NCBI GenBank assembly: GCA_044892505.1
Contig: CM097882.1
Span: forward strand, 522,164,001 to 522,228,000
Reading direction: 5' to 3'
Length of the DNA: 64,000 nucleotides
Origin: Schmidtea nova
Lineage: Eukaryota
The position numbers were made by a program, and so were the translations under genes. The notes beneath the pieces were generated by a model. That model did not search any database and was not told where the DNA came from. It worked only from the letters and a program-made list of their open reading frames with translations. Shown piece by piece: positions 37,618 to 48,986 of this stretch; the first letter of the stretch is position 1; the number at the start of each line of letters is the position of its first letter.

Positions 37618-38482
37618 TCATATTATTTTGAATTCTTTCATTGCTTTGATTTGCCTATCACTTTCTTCTTGATGAATGTATGGAATCCTATATGGCCTCA
37701 ATTTTATAGGGGTTTCGTCCAGCAATGGTATCTCATGTTCAATCACTTGAGTGAGTCCCAAATCATATTCATGTTTCGCGAACACATTCCTGTATCTCTT
37801 TAGTAGTGCTGTAAATTCTTGTTTTTGCTCATCTGTCAAATCATTACTTGTAATTTGAGGTCCTTTGTAAATCTTTATATTTCTGGGCAACCTTTGTACT
37901 TCTTCTTGTTTTATTTTTGTCAGTTTCCCGAGCTTTGTTTTGGGTTTCATCTGAACAGATTTTGTGCTACAATTTGCTAATCTTACTGGTACGGTTTTGT
38001 CTTTAACTTTTACTACTTCATCGCACATTGCTCCGTCGTACTTCTCTATTAATTTTTGATTTGGTTCAAATATACATTCATCTTCGGAGACATTCATTAC
38101 ATTGGCATAGTATATAACTTCGCTTTTTGGTGGTATTTCCAAAGTTTGATTTAAAAAAACTTGTCCCGCTTCGTGTACAACTTCACCAGTTAGTCCTTTT
38201 ATCAATTTTCCCGTTCTTAAATCAAGAGAAATTCCTTGTAATTGTTCCATAACGTCCATTCCAATCAAGCATTTGACAGGGCTTTTTCTCATTACAGATA
38301 CCCAATGAGTTACTTCTTGATTTCCAATATTCAGCTTAACTTCCAATTTTCCAACGATATTCAATACATTATGCGTCATTGATAATAATTTTCGTAGTTG
38401 GCTTTATTCTTGCCTTCTCCTGACTCGTCAAGAGATTCTCAGATACTATGCTGTGACTTGAGCCTGAATCCAATAACGCTTA
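37618..38482 (-). pseudogene. Aspartic protease and RT N-terminus of the large element
   Basis: ALLDSGSS at 38462-38470 directly after an in-frame TAA (38480-38482); 1-nt frameshift near 38400; in-frame TGA at 37618-37620 before SSSPFSASIVVVKKKDG. Confidence 0.9.
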
Positions 38483-38950
38483 AACTTTTCGTCTATTAAA
38501 TTGTATGACAATTCGAGGTTGTTTTCCTCCCAATTCTATGGTCAATAATGCATAACTACATGGTAAACCAAGCATATTCTTTCTTTCAATTTCGGCGCTT
38601 GATGGTTCAATCTTTTCTAATTCGACTTTAATCTCATCAACTGGTTTCATTTCTCTCAACTTCTCACTTGGATATACAGGAGCTGTTGGCATAAATGTCG
38701 GTGTGTACCACTTAGAGAGAGTGTCAATTCCAGTTAGTTTTGGTATTGGTTCCAGCAAGAATCTGGATTCGGGGTCTATTCTACTTTTTATTATACCCCG
38801 TCGAAACGATTTTGGCTCTGATCTGCCGCCATTGCTATCATTGTTGTGACCATTATTTTTATCCTCAAATTCGCATAGTGATTCTTCACTTTTCGGATCA
38901 TTTTTCAATTGTGCTCTAACACTTGCCATTTCCTTATATTGATGATTTGT

Positions 38951-40804
38951 AATGAAGAATCTAGCCAAAAACGGAATACAACCAATAATCATTTTCCATG
39001 ACCATCCGTAAATTGCATATATTCGATGAGCGGACAATATTTGTGATATTATTACTTTTATTGTTACTGCAACTACATAAATGCCAATTAAGCCTGCACA
39101 AGCTTGTCCTAAAAACATAAATCTTCCCCAAATTTTTTTCATTGTTTTAAATGTAGCTCGTTTAAAATGATCAGGTGTCAGCAAATATTCGTAATTAGCT
39201 TTTCCTTCTCTATTTGGCAGTATTGGATCAATCATCTCAGAAATCACTCGTTCCTTTTTTGATGGGAATAATAAATTTCTTTGGGCTTCTTCTATATCTT
39301 CGCTTGCGTATAGACCCATTTGTGCCATCTTATTCATTGATGTGAAATTTACCAAGTACTCTAAATTTATTAATTCCAATTTATCTGGAGTTCTAACTCC
39401 CCGGTATTCTGGTAACGCTATCTATGAATCTTGTGCTAAACGATATAGTGGAGCTAATAGTCGATTACATTGTAGAATTTTCGGTTTGACTTGTTCTTCC
39501 AACAATATTCGAGTTATCGGTTCCATGAATCGTAATTTCCCGCCAACACTTACCAATAATTCATTTGTACATTTCTCATATTTCGCGATTTTCACTATAG
39601 TTTCTTTGCATCTGTAACTGTATAATGCTTCTCCAAAGATCCTAGCGAATACACCATTTTATGATATTAGCATGGGTGCTACTAAATTTGGATTAGTAAT
39701 TGCCATTGCCATTCGATTTCTAAGTATTTCCTTGTTCAACTTACAGTCGTTTAGAATCATTTCTCTATATACGTTTTCCATGATGTTTTGACTAAAATGA
39801 AACAAATAGTCAATTTTATTATTGAAGTAATGAGTTAATTTGATATCATCCCGGTGAATTCTTGTTTTAGCCTCATATACGATTGTTTTAGATACATAAA
39901 CTCCTTTGTAATTTGTTGCATATACAGTTTGACCACATTTACTCGTTATGTCTTTTTTTATGAACCGCATGCTGTCTGTTGGCAATGTTGACATTAACAC
40001 TGTTGCCGTTTGTCTCGTCCAAACTTGGGTTGATCTAACTGTATTGTTCGGTTTATAATTCACATTAAAATTGTCCGGTCTTTCCCTAAATTGCTCTCCG
40101 CTCAATTCTTTGAAATTAATAGTTTTTAAATGGGATAAGTTGCATATATTAGTCTTGACATCATAGACAAGAATCGATTCTCCAGTGTGACAACTAGTTT
40201 GTTTCATATTACAGAATGGATGAGTTTGTAACTTTCCTGTATCGTCATCAAACGACCCTTCGAATACTCTCAATTCTGTTAGATATTCCTCTATTACTAC
40301 TGCTTGTTTTATCACTTGATCATTTATTTTATACGGTTCTCCCTCACAATCGCCGTCTGATTTCATTACTCCTTTCACAATTAATGTTTCTCTGATTTGA
40401 TGGTTTACTCGAGCTTTCAATCGAATTTCAGGACTAATTTTTAATTCCCCTGTTTGAAATGCCGTTAAACAGTTTTCTGGTAACACGTCCACCGGTCGTG
40501 GAATAGCATGCATTTTTATCATCGAAGTATGGCTCCATTTGCCACAAAAGAATACGAACGTGGTTCGTTTAACGATACATTCCCTAACTTGAGAACGCCG
40601 TAAATCGGATTCTTGGTAAACATGATATTTTGCTTCATTTTCAATTTTTAATTTTCTTGGGTATGCATCTGGGCATTCTGTCATATCGACCACAGAATAA
40701 ATTTTCCCCATTTCTGTTTGTGAGCAATCGTATGCCACCAATGAAGTAGCTTGTGCAATTATTGTGCATAAAATAACCATCATGAACATCACCCAAGGGA
40801 ATAT
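38951..40804 (-). pseudogene. Chuvirus-type envelope/fusion glycoprotein with signal peptide and C-terminal TM region; two in-frame stops
   Basis: Signal IFPWVMFMMVILCTIIAQATS then LVAYDC; Cys-rich ectodomain; GEALYSYRC...C.NEL.V...F.EP.TRIL...C; TM region WGRFMFLGQACAGLIGIY...YGWSW; stops at 39659-39661 and 39422-39424. Confidence 0.75.
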
Positions 40805-40891
40805 CGTAGTTTTTCTTAGTTTTGGGTCTATTTTTTCGTTCAACTTTCTTTGAGGTGGATTCTCATCTTCTTGTTTCTTTCTTTTCTTTGT

Positions 40892-41265
40892 TAAAGATGA
40901 ATTTAATGCATTCCAACCTCCAAGCTCTTTTATCCCTTTCATCAAACATTCATTTAATAGTCGAGCCGCAGTGTCAATCAAATTCTCAATCTGATCTGGC
41001 CTAGTAAATGCACGAATACCAATTTCGGAAACCATATGTGTTAAACTTGTTAACACTGTTTTTCTATCGATTCCATTTTCGATCAATTTTTCAATCCTTT
41101 CTCTTTTACAGAAATCACCCTTTTTCCAAATTCATGCTCAATTTTTGGAAGTCTCTCTTTCACTTCCTCAACCATCCCTTTCAATTCCTCCTCAGCTTCT
41201 GGTTCTATTTTTAGAATTGGGTAAACAGTTTTAACTAGGTTTCTTATTATTTCTTTAGTTTCATC
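40892..41265 (-). pseudogene. Bcl-2-like helical domain (split by a frameshift near 41095)
   Basis: BH4-like EIIRNLVKTVYPIL; BH3-like ELKGMVEEVKERL; BH1-like KLIENGIDRKTVLTSLTH; BH2-like LNECLMKGIKELGGWNAL. Confidence 0.6.
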
Positions 41266-41589
41266 AACTTCCCGCTCTATATTTACCAAATATTTCTTCA
41301 TCTCATATAAAGTTCTAGGTTTAGTACTCCAATTATTCATTTCCACTTTCTCGACATTTGTCTCTCTGCTAATTGTAGTTTCTGCTACCTGAATATTGAT
41401 TTCCTTCTGATCATCACCTTCATCGTTAGCTATTGCGGTTTCATTTTCTCCTATTTCATCTCTCTTTTCTTCTGTGTCGGAGGATTCCCCATTACCAAGC
41501 ATTCTCGGGTTAAATTCTTTATTTGCTATTATACGATTAATTAAATATCCCTGACTTCCATCAGTACTTAAATATCCATATTCATCTAA

Positions 41590-42276
41590 TTCTTGTGGTA
41601 TGCATCCACAGTCATATAAATATTCATCGTCATCCAGTGCTTCACCTTTATGTTTCAACACTATAATTCCATCTTGTCCTAACATCTTCGTAGCTCTTCT
41701 ACGTATTTTCCGCACTTTCGTACACCAATGCTCTTCTACATACTCAGTTTTTCCAATATCTTCGTATTCTATTGCAATTACTAATAAATTCATTTCTGCT
41801 CTATCTTCTCTAAGCTCCTTGCCCAATTTTCTCAGTAATCTCTTTAAATTTCTACTATATTTGGTTCTTTTAAACAGATGCGGTCGTATTACGTTGATAA
41901 TTTCTATTTTATCTTTTTGCTCAAATTCAGATTTCTCAATTAATTTCACTATTTCATTTATTTCGCTTTCATCGCCAATATATAAAACATCAGATAGCTC
42001 CTTTAACACTTCCCTCGGATCACTTTTCACCATTTCACAACTACTCCTCATATTGACTATTTGTAACTCATTTTTATCTCCTGTTATAAAACCACAGTCT
42101 ACCAAATATTCCTCGTTATCTAATTCTCTATTTTTAAATTTTAATTCTACTACCCATCCTTCGCATTTTTCTCTTAGTCTCCTTTTTAAATCTTTCACAC
42201 AATCATAGGCTTCACATCGACAAGTAATCACACTTTTATCACAGTCATTAACAACATCAATAAAAATAAAATCTAA
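41590..42276 (-). CDS. Two ubiquitin-like modules within the polyprotein (part of ORF 41083-42939)
   Basis: CVKDLKRRL...VELKFKNRELDNEEYLVDCGF and TKVRKIRRR...VLKHKGEALDDDEYLYDCGC; pattern resembles ubiquitin 'vK.ki...rLif.Gk.LeD..tL.dy.I'. Confidence 0.6.
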
Positions 42277-42779
42277 CCATCCATTTTCTCGGAATGCTTT
42301 TCCAAATGTTTTCATCAACTCTTTGATTTCATCTCTATCTGCTAAATTTATTTGATAATAGTTTGCACACAAATTAATCACGCATTTTAGTTTCCTCATA
42401 CTCAGCGACATTTGACTCAACTTTTTAATTGACATTAATATTTTGGATGATTCTCTTGCGCTAGCTTCTAGCAATTTCTCAAGTCTCTTCATCATTATTG
42501 TAACTTTTTCGCTTTCCAAATCGTCCTTTGTACAAACTCCTTTCGCTTCCGTTTCAGTCATATCCGACCCATACATCATATGATTATCTAATTCCTCATC
42601 AGATTCAAACTTAGACATTAAAAGATCCAAGCGTCGACCCATTTCTTTCACTTGATTTTCAATTCTATCATTAAATTCGTCTGATTGAACAAAAGCAACA
42701 TTTTCTGCTGGCATTCTATCATTTTGAAAACGAATTGATTTTTTTAATATTGGTTTCTGAAATTTATCGACATTTCTCG

Positions 42780-43972
42780 GGCATGATCTAGCTATATGTC
42801 CATAGCCTCGACATGAATGACATTGGATTTGGCCTTGAAGGTTCACTCTATGGCGAAGTGGATGGAGATCTCGATCTGGCAAAACAATTACGTGAAACAT
42901 GTCCTTTCCTTCCACAGTTGTAGCATTGTATATTATCATTAGTTCGTTGATCTTTAATACTAAATTTATTTAAGCTTTTTTCACTATTACCCTTCATCCA
43001 ATCTGGCCACATTCGTTTTGGGCTTCGTTGTACATTATTTTTAGACCAGCATTGATTGCTATTGTGACCAATCTTTTGACAGTGATCACATTGAATTGGA
43101 GTTGGGCTTTTTTGCGATCGGTTCTTGAACCAACATTGATCGGCATGATGTCCCATCCGTTGACAATAACTGCATTGAATTGGTTGTTCTTTTTCGTCAA
43201 TTTGAACACGTGTTGATTTATTCATCTCAAATTTTGGTCTAAATTTTGGTGATGGACAACTTGATTGCTGGAGCAGATTGTTTCTGACTGGAGAATTGGA
43301 TCTTTCTCTTGATTCATTGATAATGGCGAAGGATTCTGATTTCGGCTTTGCACTTTTTAAATTTAATTCAATTTTCATAGCCTTTTTGATTAACTCATCG
43401 AAGTTATTGAAATCTACATAACATAAGGCTTTTTTGATTTCCCCTTTTACTCCCGCTAAGAACTGATCTTGTAATAGTTCCTTTATCTGCTTTGCCACTT
43501 CAATCTGTTCCGGTTTTACTTCGAAGGCCTTTTCTGCAAGCGTGGTCAAATGGTATGCAAATTCACTTACGGATTCGTCTGATTTTTGTACTCTATTATA
43601 GAATTTCTGCCTCATTATCCGTTTTATGTCTCCTCCGACTAACTTCGCGGCTAAGGCATCTTTCAGTTTTGTCCAGTCATTGGCAATTGTCCTTTTGTCA
43701 ATTTGTTGCCAGGCTTCTCTTGCTGCTCCCTTTAAATACAGTGGTAGTCTTTGCACCATTATTGATTGGCTCCATCCATAGGCTGTGGCATACATATAGT
43801 AATCTGCCATAAAGTCGACAAATTCCACTGGATCACCCCCATATTGGTTAACTGGTAATTTTTGGCAGCTAGCATAATCATTGCCATTTCCGGTATTGCT
43901 TGTGGACATGGGTGTATCATCATGACCGTTTGGGTTGTTCATTTCGTCTTCTGGTTTCCTGTTGCTTCTCAA
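42780..43972 (-). CDS. Gag of the large element with four CCHC zinc knuckles (fourth after a frameshift near 42860)
   Basis: Retrotransposon gag-type capsid region (YGGDP.EF...F..RVQK.DESV.EF...L..LA); CSYCQRMGHHADQC, CDHCQKIGHNSNQC, CYNCGRKGHVSRNC, CHSCRGYGHIARSC. Confidence 0.9.
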
Positions 43973-44263
43973 TTCGTAAAATGGTCTGGTTGGTATAACT
44001 TTATCTCTTCTGAATTTTAATATATCAATTATAAAATTTTACCTTTTGTTGAACTGCTTTTCATGCGATACATATAACGTTGAAATATGATTTACAAAAG
44101 AAAAGATGAGTTGTATAAACGTGTTTTACGCATTTTTCGTGGTGGGGGTCACCGACGACCCTCAAGGCGCTGCAGACTATTTTTGTGATTATCAGTTGTT
44201 CCAGATTATTACGCTTAAGTTTCTAAGCAGTTATTATCATTGCTTAGTCTTATTAAGTAGTTG

Positions 44264-44500
44264 AACCTTATTAGCAGAACATTAGTTGCAAAACATTAGT
44301 AGCAGAACATCATTAGTGATGGTTATTTTCCGCAAAAGCTTCATACTGTATTTTTTCACTCATATATCAATCAATATTATTGTAAAATCTTTTAATTTCA
44401 ATTATATCCAGTATCAGAACCTTAGCAACAGAACCCTCGTAGCAGAACCCTAGTAGCAGAACATGTTTATTAATGGTTTTTATCTGCAAAAGCTTCATCC
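44264..44500. repeat. Duplicated ~83-bp block with internal AGCAGAAC repeats in the 5' leader of the large element
   Basis: 44264-44346 and 44418-44500 share AACCTTA..AGCAGAAC..TAGTAGCAGAACAT..GGTT..GCAAAAGCTTCAT. Confidence 0.7.
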
Positions 44501-44689
44501 AACATTTTATTGACAAATAAGTGTGTGCGTGAGTAAATAATTAGTATATATACCAGTTATTTTTCATTTATATTTTAAAATGTCCAACTTAACATCGAAT
44601 GGTAAATTTTGATTATTTTTAATTATTTTTAACAGTTATTTAAAAAAACAAATGCAAATTTTAATTCCCAAGACAGGGGAGCTTTATCA

Positions 44690-45902
44690 ATGTCTTTTAA
44701 AAGATTTGATATACTGGCACCGGGAATTATACCATTTCGAATATGGATGTCAAGCGGAATAGATCTCAATGCTGTTTTAATGGATTATTTAAAGACGATT
44801 GATCAGGAACTATTGGTAGTAATATATCATGAACCTTGTGTATGTTGGGGTCATGCTTAGATAAGTATAAGATAAAATAAAAAGCACAAAACCTATGTAC
44901 AAATCAATAAAAAAACACAAAATCAAAAAAAGGATAATTAATGTTCATAGATTAATTAAAAATTTGAAAAAAATAAAAATAAAGATTTGACGAGGGAAAT
45001 TGGTATGTACGGTGGGAAATGTAGAGGAGAGTACGGATATGATAATAAAATATCAATGGGGGTGCCAGAAAAAGATATTCAGAATATAGAAATTAATTAA
45101 AGATTTATGAATAATTTATTAGCCATATAGAAAACCCGAGTCAAGAGGAAGCCCGAGTGCATGGGAGATCCGGCCTAGTGGAGAGCCCGAGCAACGGGAA
45201 ACCCCAGAAGAAATCGAATTAACAAAAACGCGGATCAAATAAATCATATCAGAGCAAATTATAATTAGCATAATTCCAATTACGGAAAGTCATAATCAAA
45301 TTTGACCGCAAGTTTGGAAAACATAACCAATTTGTTGTCAAATTGGTCAACTATAAAAGCGGCAAGAAAACAGAAAATTACCAGTTTGGCCGAAGAGAAT
45401 TTCCATTAGTTTTTAAGATTGGGTAAGTGGAAAAGGGGATTATCGTACAGTAACCTTTGCCAATCAAGCGTATCAGAAAGGGCAATCTACTCTTGCTAGA
45501 CCTAGCCGTATCGCTTAGAAAATAGTGCAGAAAGAGAGTGTATAAACAATAAAGATTGTACTGATTTTAGCTGTTGTGAATTGTCAAATTTGAATAAATA
45601 AAATTTATTGTGTTGGGTCTCAGTTATATCGTTATTAAAGGAGCACGAGGAGTCAGAAACTAGACCTACTCAAATTAATAACCCAACATGTATATCGATG
45701 TGAAAGTTGCGTTGATCAGTTGAAGAACGATCATGTATGGATTCTAAAAAATGAGTTGAGAAAATATCATTTTTCAACCATTGTAGATAAATTTTCAAAC
45801 ATTGTAGATAAATTTTCAAACATTGTATATAAATGTTCAAACATTGTTGATAACTGTTCAAGCATTGTTGATAACTGTGCAACCATTGATGAAAACTGTT
45901 GA
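44690..45902 (+). pseudogene. ~120-aa ORF split by the solo LTR
   Basis: ATG at 44690; 51 codons to the TSD; after removing the LTR and one TGTA the frame continues (CVYRCESCVDQLKNDHVW...) to TGA at 45900-45902. Confidence 0.5.
44843..45688 (+). mobile_element. Solo LTR (846 bp, TG...CA) with 4-bp TSD TGTA
   Basis: TGTTGGGG...ACCCAACA flanked by TGTA on both sides; same family as 2532-3361. Confidence 0.9.
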
Positions 45903-45905
45903 TAA
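45778..45905. repeat. 21-bp minisatellite (~6 units, CATTGT(A/T)GATAA...TCAAA)
   Basis: Tandem imperfect 21-mers. Confidence 0.85.
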
Positions 45906-47116
45906 ATAATAAATGTTTAATTTGTTTGATTTTTAATTACATGTATTTTATACTATTTACTTTTGAAAAAACATTTCGTTCAATATAAGCGCAAGAGTAA
46001 TATAATCACAATACATAACATATCCAATATAAGTGCATAACACTTGCAAAACAAGTGCACTACAAGTGCATACCATATGCGTAAGACACATAACATGAAT
46101 CATTCACACACAAGTCATTTTATCTACTTTGTTTTAAAAAAACCATCATTATAGCAAATTTAATTGATTTTTGTAACTCTTGTCATTATTTTGATGAATC
46201 ACATAAATTTTACAGTCTTATTGCGTTAAAAAATTGATTTTATTCTCATAAATCTAAAAACTATTTAATTTCGTTTAGACAAGATGTAAAATCATTAAAT
46301 CTTTCACTCGTGACCTAACTAAAGTAATATGTATTTAACTAGTTTTACGAAAAAATTTATAATAATCTGTTAAAACCTTTCAATAATCACCAAAATTAAA
46401 ATTACAATCAAACAAAAATACATTTATTTTCGATAAATTAAATTTACAATAGCATAAATGCTACAGAATCCAATAGTTATCTTCAATATATTTATCAATC
46501 TTTTTTTGGTTTTTCTAATAGACCTACTATTTTCAGCCAATTCTATTAGTTTTTGCCATTGCCCATTTTTTTGAACCCAGGGGCATATTTCACTTTCGAT
46601 AATCTAAAATAATATTAAAAAAATATAATTAAATAAAAATAATATACCTGTAGTGACCATTGAAAATAATTTTCATAATTTGACCCGAATTTTCCATTAT
46701 TTGTTTTAAATACATTAACGCCACAATAACATGTGAACACTTTTTCTTTTGATAAGAGACCATCAATTTAATTTATAATAAATATTTCTTGTTTCATTTT
46801 ATTAATAATTATAAATTTTTAAGTATTTATACAAATTTATCCAATATTTGTGTGTTATACTCATGAATTACAACTTGATTGCATCTCTATTGCGATTTGA
46901 TTGCATCTCAAGAGCATGAACAACAAAGATATTGTAATACAACTGTAAGTCATAAAACTACATGAAATACAGGTTATTTGTAAACCCGTACATTTGAAAC
47001 CCACCATATCCAATCTTTAACTACATTGTAGTATCTATATAATACTGACATTTTCGGACAACCTATGTCAACCAATCACATTCTTTACTTATAAAAGTTG
47101 TGTGCCAGTAATTAGT

Positions 47117-47125
<9 letters not shown>

Positions 47126-47191
<66 letters not shown>
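47126..47191. repeat. (TA)n microsatellite
   Basis: Perfect TA run. Confidence 0.98.
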
Positions 47192-47194
<3 letters not shown>

Positions 47195-48773
47195 CCACAT
47201 TGATTTACCCTGACAAGTAAGTTTTGACTACCTGGTACTCTAATAAACACTGACCATGTTCTTTACTAAAATCGTCATAAAATACTAAACAAGTGTGTTT
47301 TCACTAAACGTGTATGTTTTCACTAAATTATAAGTCTTAAAATCATCCATATTAACACAAAAAATACATGAAATAGTATTTGCGACTCACCCACTAAAAA
47401 ATCACAATAAAACTACGATTTATACATTGTGTTGACTCACCCGGTTCCGGTTGAATAATCGGATCAAATTAATACAAATAAGTTTTTTACATGAGAACCT
47501 TGTTCTATATGGGAATTTTGTGCTACATAAGTTCATAGTTATACATAAAAATCTTGTTTGATAAAAACACTTGTGTATGTGCGCGGGAAGGATTTACATG
47601 TTTTACTCATTTAGATTTGATCACTATATGCTTCAAAAGTTCAACGAAAATCCATATATATCATTTGTTAACTAAACATAAAATATTACAGTAAATTAAA
47701 ATGTAAATTATAAAAATTTTAAAGAAAATTTTAAAATTTAATCTAATTTATAAAGTTTAACCTAATTTATAAAGATTAAATAAATTTATAAAGATTTATT
47801 TACAATGAAAAATGCATTCAAACTTTAAAAGGTAAATTATTTTACGCGATTAAGAGATCTATAATAAATGATTTTATTTTTAAAACAGCGTTTTTGGGTA
47901 AATATTTGGACAATTTTCAAAGGGAGTTGTCGAGAAAATGAATAAATAACGTCGGAAATTTTTTTAAATGAATTTTAATATAAAATTTCATATATTTCCA
48001 AAAAATATTTTGCCGTTTTCAAAACCTAAAAAGATAATACCGTCTAATTATTTGCAATTTATGGACAATTAAATATATTTACATTGCAATTTAGATCATT
48101 TTGAAGTTTCAAATAATACAGGACAATAAGATTTGGTAATGCTTGAAATAAAAAATAAAACTTGAAATTTCAATGTTGAAAATAAAATATTATAATGGAA
48201 TTCCGAAATCTACCAAATCAGAATAATCAAAGCCAGGCAAAATTGCGAAAACTACTTCCGATTTTGAAGATTTCGTGGACTATCCAAAAAGATATATTTC
48301 GGAAAGTTTTTATTTAATAATAATTATTATAATAAATCTTAGTTAAAGGGATTTTTTAACTTTATTTTTTTGTAAATAATTCCCAAAACATGTTTAAAAA
48401 ATCATCATTTCATAAAATGTATTTAAAAATTAAATAAAAATCAAATTATAGAACATAGATAATCTTTCAAAGTTTCTATAGTGATCTCATGTCATTATGA
48501 GATCAAAAGAAAAGCTTTAAAAGATATCTTGATAAATAAACTTACCTGATAACCATTTTTAAAAAATGGCTAAACAATATTAAAAAAGCATAATTATGAG
48601 TCACACGCGGGTTTACACATGTGCGTGCAATATAGTTATTGTAGTTACAGTTGAAAATAGATTAATTAACTAATTTAAATAAAATGCTTTATAATAAATA
48701 GTTTAGTGATAATTTAGTGAAATTATTAACAGATTGATGAGAAATTTTAAAAATACAATAAAATTAACGAAAC

Positions 48774-48986
48774 CTCTGCCCATCGACAGTGCACAGCGAC
48801 ACTCCCCAATAGTGAGGGCTAAACCGTGACAATTGGGGAATATATGTCGCAACTGATCCGTTCTGATTGTGTACACAATGATTGTATATCTCTTTGATAT
48901 GTTCTGTGAAACCTTTGAAGTTTGGAATTGCTAAATCGCCGGTAAGAATTTTATTAATAACACTAAAATCTTTGTTATCCAATAAT
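48774..48986 (-). CDS. GLS: Glutaminase exon (LLDNKDFSVINKILTGDLAIPNF...VATYIPQL...WGVSLCTVDGQR)
   Basis: AG/GT bounded, 213 nt, phase-consistent; VA.YIPQL and WGVS.CTVDGQR signatures. Confidence 0.97.

Larger units (their letters stand above)
31735..44500 (-). mobile_element. Gypsy-like retroelement with env-type glycoprotein and multiple accessory domains (ends unresolved)
   Basis: Contiguous, intronless, minus-strand purine-rich ORFs: gag, accessory domains, glycoprotein, PR, RT, RH, IN, membrane protein, then a DEDDh ORF; no paired LTRs found by eye. Confidence 0.85.

Noticed and set aside
41600-42208. 202-aa plus-strand ORF; similar antisense ORFs at 32898, 43492, 58876, 62104 and 5994 (-)
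   Set aside because: Shadow frames opposite real coding sequence, Ser/Phe/Leu-rich, with no motifs.
44843-45688. This LTR as the 5' LTR of the large element
   Set aside because: It is in the opposite orientation and has its own TGTA TSD, so it is an independent solo LTR.
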